From positions 391,592,001 through 391,656,000 of the forward strand of contig CM097883.1 of assembly GCA_044892505.1 (NCBI GenBank): DNA of 64,000 bases, given 5' to 3'. Both the position numbers and the translations under genes were made by a program. The stretch is from Schmidtea nova. Lineage: Eukaryota. This document shows positions 31,626 through 42,830 of the stretch, piece after piece (the stretch's first letter is position 1; each line of letters begins with the position of its first letter). The notes below the pieces were generated by a model. It was not told the DNA's origin. It worked only from the letters and a program-made list of their open reading frames with translations, and ran no database searches.

Positions 31626-33037
31626 AAGTTAGAAAATTATGTCTGACATCAAATTTTATTTCATTTGTTTGAGAAAATGAATCATTGTGTTGAATGAATT
31701 TGATTTATTTATTTCGTTTATCTATAATAAATGGTTTACTTGAACTTGTCTTTAATTTGTTAATAAATCTGCTTGATTGCGAATGGGCCGAATTGCTATC
31801 CACGTTTCCAAGGGAACCGTGCAATCATAGTTTACCACTGTGTGCCTGTTACAGTACAGCGTTAAAAATGTTGCACAATTGGCAAATACATGGAAAAATC
31901 AAATGCCGTTACCAGAGTTGCTCTGATATATTGTAACGGGTTCCAAGACTGTCGTAGAAGATTTCTGTCCCTTTTCGTCTCTCATTTATTTAACATTCAT
32001 CCAATAATCGTAACTCCTGGAGAATCATAACAATTTGTGGAGATAGTTTACTTCATTGTATCGTCATCGTATTTTATCATAATCCTTTATCAACAAACAA
32101 TTTAATCAGAAAAACAAACTAAACTATAATTTTTTACAACAATAAAAACAAAACGAAACAGAAAATATTATTGTTAAGTAATCTGAATAATTGGTTGTCT
32201 TAAATCGATTGATTCTTATTCTTTACTCTTTCCGAACCAGATCTTCTAGTCTGGATTCCCCACAGCGTCGTTTATACACAAATAAAGATTTACCGAGACA
32301 AAAATGATATAGAGAATTTATATAACTTTATGCTTACTATATATTTGTGTGCAAAACATTTTGTTATTTATTAAACTTTTCACAGACCAGTGTTTGTCTT
32401 TTTGTTTATATAGGACATCAAGTTGAATAAAAATTCGAAAACTAAAAATAGCATTTTTAGTTGGGTTAATATTACTTCTACTATTAAAATAAATGTCTTT
32501 GCGATTCCTTTCCTGATGAAGTGCAGAAGATGTTCATTTGAGCGAAGTTGATTTACGAGGTGGATGCATAGTCTCGATAACTTTTATTATGTCAGAACTT
32601 TTGTATAGTTGTGAAAAATCAATGAGCTTTATATCGATACAAATAATTGCTGTAATAAAATATTAATAATTTTAATTTGAACAACCTTGTGCTTGGCCAA
32701 GCCACTTCTCCAGGTATAAGATGAAGCATGATTGGATGTTTGCGCTCATTTCAATGAAAAAATGGATCAGAAAGCTGAATAAACCCTGGATAACTAATGA
32801 CTCACCGAAGTGACTAATGATGGGACAACATATCGCTGGACAATAATCAGGCGTGTGGAAATTCTGATTAACCCCTTTCTTCATGAATTTTTTGTTTATA
32901 TTTAAAAAATATTTTTAAGGTGTAAAATTGAAAAATAAAAGACACGTATTTTTTATTTTTGAATTTTTTATATTTTTATATATTCAAAATCTTGACAGTT
33001 TTTGGTACTAAATTAGAATAAACAGTGGTGAATTTTG

Positions 33038-33257
33038 GGTGTGCGCATTGTCTCTATGATAATTTTGGTTATCGCGTCTGTGTGCGCGTAGCTTAAAGAT
33101 TTTGTACTGCGTCTGTGTGCGTGGTTGTAGGTTTGTGCTTTTGCGTCTGTGTGCGCATTTCATTTTTTGTGTTGTTCTCGCGTCCGTGTGCGCATTGAGA
33201 AATTGCTATCAGCGTCTGTGTGCGCTGCGATAAAGACAAGCTCGCGTCTGTGTGCGC
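33038..33257 (+). repeat. Array of six 14-bp GCGTCTGTGTGCGC repeats plus one partial, with unlike 18-23-nt spacers
   Basis: Full copies at 33074, 33109, 33143, 33180, 33212, 33244; partial at about 33038. Confidence 0.9.
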
Positions 33258-33328
33258 TTTGAACGTTTTTTTGTTGTTTTATTAATCGAGTTTTTTTTTT
33301 GGAATTTACGAATATTCTGGGCTGGAAA

Positions 33329-33787
33329 ATGGAGATACCTAAATCTTTACTAATGAAAAGTGCAATTCAAAATGAAGATTATACGGAATTGGATGAATGG
33401 CCTCTTCTCGATTATAAAGAATCACATGAACCTGATGATAATTTTGAAACGTTTCAAAAAGCCATGATGTATATTCAGAGCCGACGATATTCAGAAAACA
33501 GCAGCAACATTTCATGATCATTATTGACTATTCTAATATCAATTTACAACGATTCAGAAGTGTCTTTGAGGACGGATTTAGCTAAATCATTGGTCACATT
33601 TACAAAGATGTGCACCGCAAAAGTTATAAAAGGAGATTATGACTGCAAAAAATGTTTCACTGTGCCTGATGCGATACCATTTATTCATGATGCAAATAAA
33701 CAATTCAACGACGTTATACAAATCCTTGAAGCGTGCTGGTTGCAACTTAAGTGTTGCAACTTAAGAATGTTACCAGAAACAAAATAA
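33329..33787 (+). pseudogene. Unrecognised cargo ORF (about 152 codons) with one in-frame TGA at 33515-33517
   Basis: Track ORFs 33299-33517 and 33524-33787 share a frame; first ATG at 33329; protein-like composition (MEIPKSLLMKSAIQNEDY...DYDCKKCFTVPD...ILEACWLQLK). No family recognised. Confidence 0.5.
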
Positions 33788-34162
33788 TATTTTAATGAAA
33801 AAAGAATATTTTTGAGTGTTAATTAATTATGTTCATATATGAACACTCATGCAGAAAGGGGTTAATAAAAAACTATATATATTCATATTTATATTAATTA
33901 TATGGTATGTGATAATTTCATTTTTTTAAAAATTATTATAATGAGTGATGTGACAGGATTTTCACCTTTATTCTATTTGCATGGAATAAAGAAAATCGGT
34001 CTAGAATAAATAAATAAAAAAACATTTGGAAAATTGAATTTATAAAAATCTTCTAACTAGAAGCTCAAAGCGTAATGGAAATGTCTAGATTATAATTGAG
34101 AAAATATATTGTGTTAGATTATGTAAATTATATTTGATCTTATTTAGCTGGATTCTACTTAA

Positions 34163-34378
34163 CCCTCTAATGCCACAATTTATTTCTGTTTTCTCTTAAA
34201 AAACGCACTTCGAACTGATGCACTACTATAACGGACTGTTATACAAATAAAAAAACTAATGCATAGCCTACTATTCGACTACAATGTGGCAAGAAAAAGT
34301 TATGGATAACAGTTTAGATGTTCATGCTATCATAGTTTTGGGAAGGCCCGCCTTGAGGCGGATTAAGGTATTAGAGGG
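34163..34378. mobile_element. 216-bp piggyBac-type MITE
   Basis: ttaa-ccctctaatgcc ... ggtattagaggg-ttaa. Confidence 0.8.
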
Positions 34379-34793
34379 TTAAATCGGAAATATTATTCAT
34401 AAAAAACTTTTAAAATTTTGATTTATAATTTTGGGTATACGAAATTTCCAAACGATATAGCTTGAAAATTTTGTGTATACTTGTTTGGAAAATTCGCATA
34501 CGATCAAAATTAATTTTTTTAAAAATATATAATTCTATTATCAAAAATAATATATTATGAAAACCTAAAAAAATTTCGAATTAAATTTATAGAGTATAAA
34601 AATTATAAATCTAAAAATTTTATTATTATATTAAATAGTTACAAATTTTTAAAATTCTAATTTCAAATTAATCCTGAACTGATAAAAGTAACTAAAGAGA
34701 AACTAAAAGTTTTTATTCAATTTGAATAATGATTAATGTCTTAATATAGAATATTAAAACAAATCATTATTAAATATATAACATTCTTCCCCT

Positions 34794-35558
34794 CTAGGTT
34801 AAGTATCGTGACGGTACTTTTACTTGTCTTCCAGATCGGGTAGTCGATTCGCTTCCTGCTGGTTCTGTTGACGATAAACTGTCTTCAAATGTAGTCTCGG
34901 AATACCCGAACGTTTCTTGGGTGTCTTTCCCACTTTCAAATTCTGTACCGGTCGTATCAGCTGAGCTATTTGAACATGGTGCAAGGTGACTCGTCGATAC
35001 TGTGTCTGTCCTTCCATCTCTGTGTTGTACTCTTGCATAGTACGGCGAAATTGTCTCGATCAGTTTGACCTCATCGACAAGTGGATCATTTTTATAGCGA
35101 ATGTGGCGTTTTAGTAGGATGTTTTGATCAGTATTTCGTAGAAATTCTGGTAAATCACATCCAATTACGGACGCTCGATCAAATTTAAACATTCGATCGT
35201 GAGGTGTCGAATTAGTAGAGACGCACAGCAGTGATCTCATTGATGAAAGGGATACGTCCAATACTTTTTCCCAATGCTCCTTGCTCATATTGTTTTCTTT
35301 TAGGGCTAAGTTTATCGTTTTCAATAGAATTCCGTTAATTCTTTCGCATTGACCGTTACCTTGAGGATGATAAGGCGTTGTACGTGTTTTCGCCACTCCG
35401 TGTTTAATTAGAAAGTCATTGAATTGTCTGCTTTCGAATTGTGCTCCTCTGTCGCTATGTACTGACGAAGGTGAACCAAACAAGGTAAATAAACTGAACA
35501 TGTGTTTTATTACGGTGTCAGAATCAACGTTAGCACAAGGAAAGGCAAAAGGGTACAT
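34794..35558 (-). pseudogene. Integrase core/C-terminal fragment lacking the HHCC zinc finger and first catalytic Asp
   Basis: YPFAFP..VHSDRGAQF..TTPYHPQGNGQCERIN; the N-terminal part is absent; no chromodomain. Confidence 0.88.
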
Positions 35559-37783
35559 TCGACGATTGCCGCGGCCTCTTTTTCAATGATGGAGTGATTC
35601 CTTTCGGACTTTGAGAGTAAACGAGAAAAGAATGCAATCGGTCGGCCGTTCTGACTCAATACTCCGCCCAATGCATGGTCGGATGCATCGGTTTCAATAT
35701 CTAAAGGTTGATCTTGAGTTGGGGAATGTAGTGAAGCAGTTTGTAATTTGGTCTTCAGTAAATGTATTGTTTCGATGCATTCATTTGGCAGTGTGTTGCT
35801 TGACGTGAGTTCTTTACGAGAATCAGTTAGTATTCTCGTGTATTCTGAGCATCGTGGGATCCATTTTGAGTAATATCCAAAAAAACCTATTAAACGATCC
35901 ATTTCTTTTGTAGACGCTGGAATTGGAAGGTCCATGAGAGCCTTGAAACGGTCAGGATCTGGCCTTATTGATTGGTTTTCAATTACGTGTCCTAGAAATG
36001 ATATAGACGTTGTAGAAAACTTACTTTTGCTTTCGTTTATTTGTAGATTTTTTAATTTAGAGGCCTTTAGAAATTCTTTAAGGTTTTGATCGTGCTCTTC
36101 TTTATTTTTACCACCAATTATTATGTCGTCGAGATAAGCAAACGTTGACTGAAGATTGTGCTCTTGGATGAATTTATCGATGATTCTCTGAAAAATTGGG
36201 ACTGCGTTGGTGCAACCGAAAGGTAGTTTGGTAAATTCATATAATTTACCCTGTGCTTCGAAAGCAGTTAGTTGATAGTCTGATGGTTGAATTTGGACCT
36301 GATGATATGCTGACTTGAGGTCCACCTTACTGAAAATTGTGTTTTTTGCTATTTTAAAGAGCAGATCGTCAATTCTAGGCATTGGGTATGAGTCAAGATT
36401 AGTGTAACGATTGATTGTATTTGAGTAATCTATTACGAGCCGTTGTTTGCTGTTCTGGTTGATGGCGAAGCACTGTGCTCGCCAAGGACTTTGGCTTTCT
36501 TGAATGATTCTGTCGGAGAGGAGTCTCGATATTTCTTGGCTGATAAACTCTGAATTTTGTGAGGACCGTCGTGATGGCATAGCGATTGGTTTGATTTTAC
36601 TTATGTCAACTCCTGGCAAGAGCGGATACGTGTCACATGTCATTGTCTTGAGAGCTAGAGATAGTGTGATCGGATGTCTATCGCCACCAAGTTCTAGATT
36701 AATTCTCGAATGTCTTTTTAGGATGTCCATTCCAATTATCACTTTAGTGACCAGTGATTTGGAGACTTGGAAATGTGCCTCGTAGACCTTGTTTGCCAAC
36801 ATTAACTTTCCATAGTAGGTACCTAAAGTTGAGGATATCGATTTATTCGCAAGGAGAACCTGTTTTACTTCTTTGTGATTAAAGGTTAGATTCTTACTAT
36901 TGAGGAATTCTTCTGACACAAAGGACAAATCTGATCCCGTATCAATTAATGCTCGAACTGAGTTTCCATCGAGAAAAGCCTCAACTAAAGAATTTTGGGC
37001 ATTGATTGTTGCTAATCTAGAAATAGAGCCACTCTGAATCAGTCCGTCAACGTCCATGTTTGTTTCTTCAGTAGAGATAGACGCTATCTTTTTAGCTAAA
37101 CATACCGGACTCCAGTGACCTTTCTTCTGGCATTTGTTGCAAACAGAGTTTCTTGCTGGGCAACTAGATCGTGAATGTTTAGATTTTCCACACCATTGGC
37201 AGCCAGTAGTCATTGCTGATGTTGTATAAAGTGATCTGTCTACAGTTGGCTCTGACTGCTGATCCTGTCGAAGATAGTTAGAATCTTTTATTGCAGATTC
37301 TAGAGACATCGCAAGTGTAACCATGACTTGGAGGCTGACGTTTTCTAACTCCAAGAGTCTTTGTCGAATTTCATTTGAGCTGATTCCAAAGACTAATGCG
37401 TCGCTTATCATTAGATTATGATGTTCTTCTGCAGAGAGAGCTGGAGTTGGACACTTGTGAACTGCAACTGTGAGTCTTGTTGTAAAGTCTTCGATTGTTT
37501 CATTGTTCTCTTGCATCATTGTTCTGATCTTGAATCGCATGAGAGTTGATGAGGACCTCTTGACATGCCTTGCTATTAACTTTTGCATTGCTTCTTTGTA
37601 ATCGCTGCAATGTTCCAAGGTGATGAAAATGTTTGATGGCACCAACGAGAGAAGAGCTTCTAAACTGTCGTTGTCTGATAATGCCAGTCTTCTTATGTAT
37701 GTCTCGAACACACGCTTCCATTGGAGAAATTCATTTTCAGAGGCATTTTCCGGAAGAGCTTTTTGAAAGATTTTCAGATTCAT
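35510..37783 (-). CDS. Gag-protease-RT-RNase H (RNase H truncated)
   Basis: Zinc knuckles CQWCGKSKHSRSSC and CNKCQKKGHWSPVC, protease LIDTGS, RT LPFG/YLDD, RNase H ETDASD; homology stops at EKEAAAIVE. Confidence 0.9.
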   Translation of the reverse strand: MNLKIFQKALPENASENEFLQWKRVFETYIRRLALSDNDSLEALLSLVPSNIFITLEHCSDYKEAMQKLIARHVKRSSSTLMRFKIRTMMQENNETIEDFTTRLTVAVHKCPTPALSAEEHHNLMISDALVFGISSNEIRQRLLELENVSLQVMVTLAMSLESAIKDSNYLRQDQQSEPTVDRSLYTTSAMTTGCQWCGKSKHSRSSCPARNSVCNKCQKKGHWSPVCLAKKIASISTEETNMDVDGLIQSGSISRLATINAQNSLVEAFLDGNSVRALIDTGSDLSFVSEEFLNSKNLTFNHKEVKQVLLANKSISSTLGTYYGKLMLANKVYEAHFQVSKSLVTKVIIGMDILKRHSRINLELGGDRHPITLSLALKTMTCDTYPLLPGVDISKIKPIAMPSRRSSQNSEFISQEISRLLSDRIIQESQSPWRAQCFAINQNSKQRLVIDYSNTINRYTNLDSYPMPRIDDLLFKIAKNTIFSKVDLKSAYHQVQIQPSDYQLTAFEAQGKLYEFTKLPFGCTNAVPIFQRIIDKFIQEHNLQSTFAYLDDIIIGGKNKEEHDQNLKEFLKASKLKNLQINESKSKFSTTSISFLGHVIENQSIRPDPDRFKALMDLPIPASTKEMDRLIGFFGYYSKWIPRCSEYTRILTDSRKELTSSNTLPNECIETIHLLKTKLQTASLHSPTQDQPLDIETDASDHALGGVLSQNGRPIAFFSRLLSKSERNHSIIEKEAAAIVECTLLPFLVLTLILTP

Positions 37784-39569
37784 CTTGATTTCAAATTGAA
37801 TAAAATTGAACTGATAAAAGTAACTAAAGAGAAACTAAAAGTTTTTATTCAATTTGAATAATGATTAATGTCTTAATATAGAATATTAAAACAAATCATT
37901 ATTAAATATATAACAAATCCATCAAATTAATCCATCAAATTATCCATATCTTATAGTTGATTTCATTTTATAAAATTCCCAAAATTATTAAATAGTTATA
38001 TTATTTCATTAAAGTATCCTCCTAAACCTGAGAAACAACTATAAACAATATTTGCAAATCAAAATATCCTTATTACTCATTAGCATCTTCTTTATCTAAT
38101 ACCACACACGCAAATTTATTTATCCTATAAATGAATTCAAATTATATCGTTTCACTCATTACCATCCCATACACAGCATGCTGCATCCAGAGACTTTATA
38201 CAAAAATCCTTTCATTTATGTTCGTCGTTAAGTTACTGATAACACCCAATAACATTAATAATTTTATTTGCAAATAATAACATCCCATCATACTGATCAT
38301 TTATTGTAACATCCTATATAATAGTAACATAAGATATAATAACTAATTAGGTTGCGAGATGAAATTTTCCAAACGACTTTTATATAATTTCAATATAAAA
38401 TTGTCATATAGTATTTATTATTGAGACCTGTTTTTTGTGTTTATTCAAGACGGGGGGTTACAAAATAAATTAATAAAACAATTTAAAATTTTTAATGCGC
38501 ATATAAATAGTGAATAGGTGAAAGAGAGACATGAGACAGAAATTTTTTTCAAATTAGCAACATGACAATCGTTGCTAGTTGCTACAGCCTCGGTGTTGAT
38601 TTGAAATTCTAACATTAAAATTTAATATAAATTTTTAATTAATTTTGAGAGCATAAAATGAACAATTCATTGCACTATGACTCGTATTTAAATAAGATTT
38701 GCATAAAACTTTAAGTTGAAATTGAATAATCGAAAGAATTATGAAAATAATAGTCAATTGGATTCAAAATTACAGCAATTGAATAACACCGAATATATAT
38801 AATTTTTTCTGAGAATTAGATCCCCGAGTTAAGTGGTGTTCAGTATTGATTAAAGAATCATGTGGTGTTAAGGATAAATGAAAATGTTTGCTTTATTGAG
38901 ATTATTTAGATTTTTCCCCTGAAAATTAATGTTTTATTTGCAACAATTGAATAATATTCGTTTTAGATTCATCTGACAAATCAAGTTAACATCCTATTTG
39001 ACTGAAGGATTTGTGAAGTAAGACTGCGTGCCGCGCGTCAAGTTTTTATTGGCTTTAATCTAACTTTTTAAAAGAATGGCAATATCATATTTCTCAGTTG
39101 AAGTCAAAAGTTCATCAATTAATGAAAATGATTGGATTCATTTTTCCAAAATAATGAAATCCTTCAATAATAAATTAAATTATTTTATTTTAAACTAGAT
39201 TACACATAAAATATCAAAACGTACATTAAATATCACAAAATATCATTACATACATATAGATAATTGTCAGATACAAGAAATATTATCACAAAATATTAAG
39301 AATACAATATTAAGAATAAATTGAGCTATGACATCAATAAATCTGATATTATCTTATAACAAATTTATGTTCAAGCTTTTTTTCTAGAACAAAGACCATG
39401 AGTCATACAAAATCGGATGACTTATCATTTTGAAGCATGGCTCACCCTTTACAAAACCCATGAATGACCTTGATGACTCATAGCTTCACGGACAACTCTG
39501 ATTGTCTGTGCCGAAGAACATCCTTCACATTACTGTAGAGTTTTCCTTAAAATTGTTGAGGATACCTAA

Positions 39570-40330
39570 ATAACAAATTTAAGAATAAATAAATAAAATT
39601 ACCTGGGGGAAAATTGTCATGATAAAGGAGACGGTCAATGGGAACACAGAAAAGAAAACGGAAATAAAAAGAAATGAAAAATGAGAAAGAGGAATCAGAC
39701 AAAAGACATCATACAAGAAAGCAAAAGCAAAGGTCAGCACTAATTAATTAGTACAAAGGGAAATGGAATTTCAAATCGGGAAAAACAAAAATAACAAAAA
39801 TGTACATATCTCGAAGTTTTAAAAAGTATGGGAAATGCCAGAAACAGAAATGGGAAAATTTCAAGTTGTCACGAGGGCCGAACTATGAGGCGCAACATCG
39901 CAGTTGCGGCGAAAAAAATGGAAAATACCAGAGACAGGAGTGGCAAAGGCGAAGTGCCACAAAGTGACGAGATATAAAAAGAGGAAGCACAGCAGAAGCA
40001 GTCAGAATTTTAGACAGCAAAGTGGAAGCGAAGTTGTAATTGAGAAGAAAAAACCCAAATCAAAATGTTTTATTCTGTTCAATGAGAGTCAGAGCGGTTA
40101 ACAAAGAATATTGTTAATGCGCGGAAACAATCGAAATCAATTACCAACATTTAATCCAAATAAGTTGTTAGCAGTTATTGTTTTCTATACATTATACGGT
40201 AGACCTATTCTTTACGAAGTGTCGTAATAAGCTCGTATATTTGTCTAAAAGATATAGAATGGATTTTGATATTTTGAATCGTGTAAATCATTGTAATAAT
40301 CAAATAAAGTTTGTGTTATTGAAATAGTTA
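39570..40330 (+). repeat. Copy of the dispersed repeat family
   Basis: ttgaggatacct..GA-rich tract..gccagaaacag..gaagtgtcgtaataag..aataaagtttgtg, colinear with the reverse complement of 721-1640. Confidence 0.6.
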
Positions 40331-41038
40331 TTTAAGAGTGAATTAAAGACACGACTGGGATTGGTAAACTAAACCATTTGACAAAGAAATAAATTTTTTG
40401 ATTAAATTTACGCATTACCACACATCCACATCTTTGTTAAATTGACATTGAAATTTTTTCAAAAAGTTATTTGTAAAATAGCTCGTGTAAAAATTAAAAC
40501 AGATAAAAAACTGTTAAAAATATTTATATGCTCGCTAAATATTAAAAATTATTGAACGGTATAAATAATAAATCAGAAAAATTAAAAAATATAACTTTCG
40601 GAGTCGGTGAATTGGAACTCGTCAAAGAAGAATTCTAATAATAAATGTATTACTAAAAATGTTGAATGGCTAAAGCATATTAAAACGAGGATAATTTGGC
40701 ATAACCACTATTCTATATGGTATAATGCCTGCATGTGATTGATTATGTTTGATTGACTGAGTCTTCAGAAGACATCAATCAACCAATTTCTTAAATAAAG
40801 TTTTTCAGAATTTCTCAAGTTATTCTTATTTTTTACAGTGACAAAAAAATTGACAAAAACTGTGCGTTGACGTAATTAAATAAGATCATTCAAGTCAAAA
40901 ATCAACACAAAACCTTATCAATGGAATAGTGAAATGGGGTATTGGATGCCATGGAATTATTTTGGAGATCGGTACGACTTATTATTATTTTTTTCTTTCA
41001 TGCCAAAATAATTTAAATTTCACGTAAAAATTATATAA

Positions 41039-41747
41039 TTATTGAACTCTGATAAAAGATTTTCTCAATTCCATGATCATATCCATCTGCTTCTCGTCCA
41101 CTGGTGCGTTTTTTAGGACATTCATCGGAAATCCTTCTGGTTCCAAGTCTGACTCTTCTTTCTTGCAACAAGGAATTATCTTTAAACATCTCAATTTGAA
41201 AGAGTCTTTTGTCAAAGATGGTTTACATGTTTTCTTGATCATTTGGATAATCGTCACACAAACCGATGTGATTTGCAAAACAATTGCACTGAAGCATATA
41301 ATGTAGAATAAAGTCGGATTATCTCTGAATGTTGTACTGATCAAAGCCAAAAAAGGTTTCTAAAATAAAATGAGATAGTTTCAAGGAATTATAAAATAAA
41401 TGTCTTACCACATGGAGCCGTTCAAAGAATACTTGAAGGACAATATTTACAACGGTAACTATGGCAATGAGAATGAGTTTGTCTCGGTCATCTCTAATCG
41501 CATAGATCACCCCACCGATTGATGTACCGAGGCCGACAAATGCTATAAACATGAATATAATCAAAAATACGACTTTATGGTTTATATCGTCCATTAATTT
41601 CGGAGTCCACAGTCGGATAATTGGAGACATACACAACCCCCAGAAGCACTGAAATTTTGATAATTAAATAAAATCTTTCAATAAAAGCAATTTACTTACC
41701 GCCAAAATAAAATTAATTGTGCAAAAAAATCTTGTCAACTTGTTCAT
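41039..41747 (-). CDS. Orphan multi-pass membrane protein, 3 exons, 202 aa
   Basis: Exons 41747-41700, 41648-41409, 41359-41039; both introns GT-AG, phase 0, 51 and 49 nt; about four hydrophobic stretches and a charged C-tail. Confidence 0.75.
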
Positions 41748-42140
41748 TATTGCTATCTCGAATGATTCTGTTGATCTTGCATTCTGTTTTTATTCATCGC
41801 TCGTTACGTAATTTTTACGCACCATTTTATGTTTCCTCAAAAGTGTCGGATTTATCAAAATGTTTCAACAAATGTAATAAAAAAGGTCTGTTGAATAACG
41901 TGTAAGAATTGAAGTGCTTTGTGAAATATTTGTGTGATACAAATACAGTGCGCAACATAATTTTAAGGGAACATTATTTTTGCCTATTATTGATGGACTC
42001 ATACTTGGTGGACTGCTTTTCCTCTTTAAAATTCAAATGTCATCAATTAAATATGTCTACTACAATGATTAATATTTCCTAAGATATTATTATTATTGTG
42101 TGTATGAAAATAAAGGTTTCCATGTAATATGGGATATGTG

Positions 42141-42830
42141 CAGTGGCGTAACTTCATATTCTGGGCCCCCTTGCAAGATTTTCAAAATGGACCCTCCTCC
42201 ATACAGTCGATGACAATCTGATAGACAATTTTATGTTTCAAATTATCGACTCACTTTTGAGGCATACATTTTAATGATTTTAATTAATGATATTTTATTT
42301 TATTATTAATTTGTAATCTTATGCCACAACTAAAAATTGTTTTCGATTTGCATTAAAATTGATTAAATGTTATAAATGAAATGTTACTGAATATTGTTTT
42401 ATTCAATGTTACGAAATCATAAATCAAGAACAGTTTTGTATTTAGTACAGTACAGATAAGTATTCTAAGACAAGTCCTTGCGACGACTCTTTATCTCTGC
42501 AAATCGGTCAATGAGCTGGTCAACATCCATAACTTTTGCCCGCGAGGCTTCAATGCTCAACAAGGCGTTCTTGACCCATCGAATTGCGGAGATAATTTTT
42601 GATGAACTTAAGTTTCGAAAATGATCTTTCTGCTGTAGCCACTGTGACTGGCAATGTCAAAAACATAATCAAAGCAGTTACCACGTCCAGATATGAAGAT
42701 GTAATATTCCACATCATCTGCCTGTCTGCATGATTTATTGATTTTATTCATTTTTTCAGGTTTGAAAATGGGCCCCTTTTACCTGCCTTCCCGCAGTTGC
42801 GGGCCCTACGGGCCCATAGTTACGCTACTC
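42141..42830 (-). mobile_element. Deleted hAT element with C-terminal transposase fragment
   Basis: Ends cagtggcgtaac / gttacgctactc; the minus strand at about 42480-42700 reads LTLPVTVATAERSFSKLKFIKNYLRNSMGQERL. Confidence 0.75.

Larger units (their letters stand above)
32872..33861 (+). mobile_element. 990-bp piggyBac-ended non-autonomous element with cargo
   Basis: TTAA at 32868-32871 and 33862-33865; TIR cccctttcttcatga vs tcatgcagaaagggg (14/15); no transposase inside. Confidence 0.85.
34675..37915 (-). mobile_element. Ty3/Gypsy LTR retrotransposon, 3241 bp, internally deleted, recent insertion
   Basis: Identical 109-bp LTRs (34675-34783, 37807-37915; TG..CA), 5-bp TSD AATCC, polypurine tract agaggggaagaa next to the 3' LTR. 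Confidence 0.97.

Noticed and set aside
32672-32884. 70-aa minus-strand ORF as a divergent partner gene of the array
   Set aside because: Its ATG lies inside the left TIR of the piggyBac-ended element, so the start is an insertion by-product.
33038-33257. Calling the repeat/spacer arrays CRISPR
   Set aside because: Repeats are only 14 bp and non-palindromic, spacers are short, no cas genes are present, and the context is eukaryotic.
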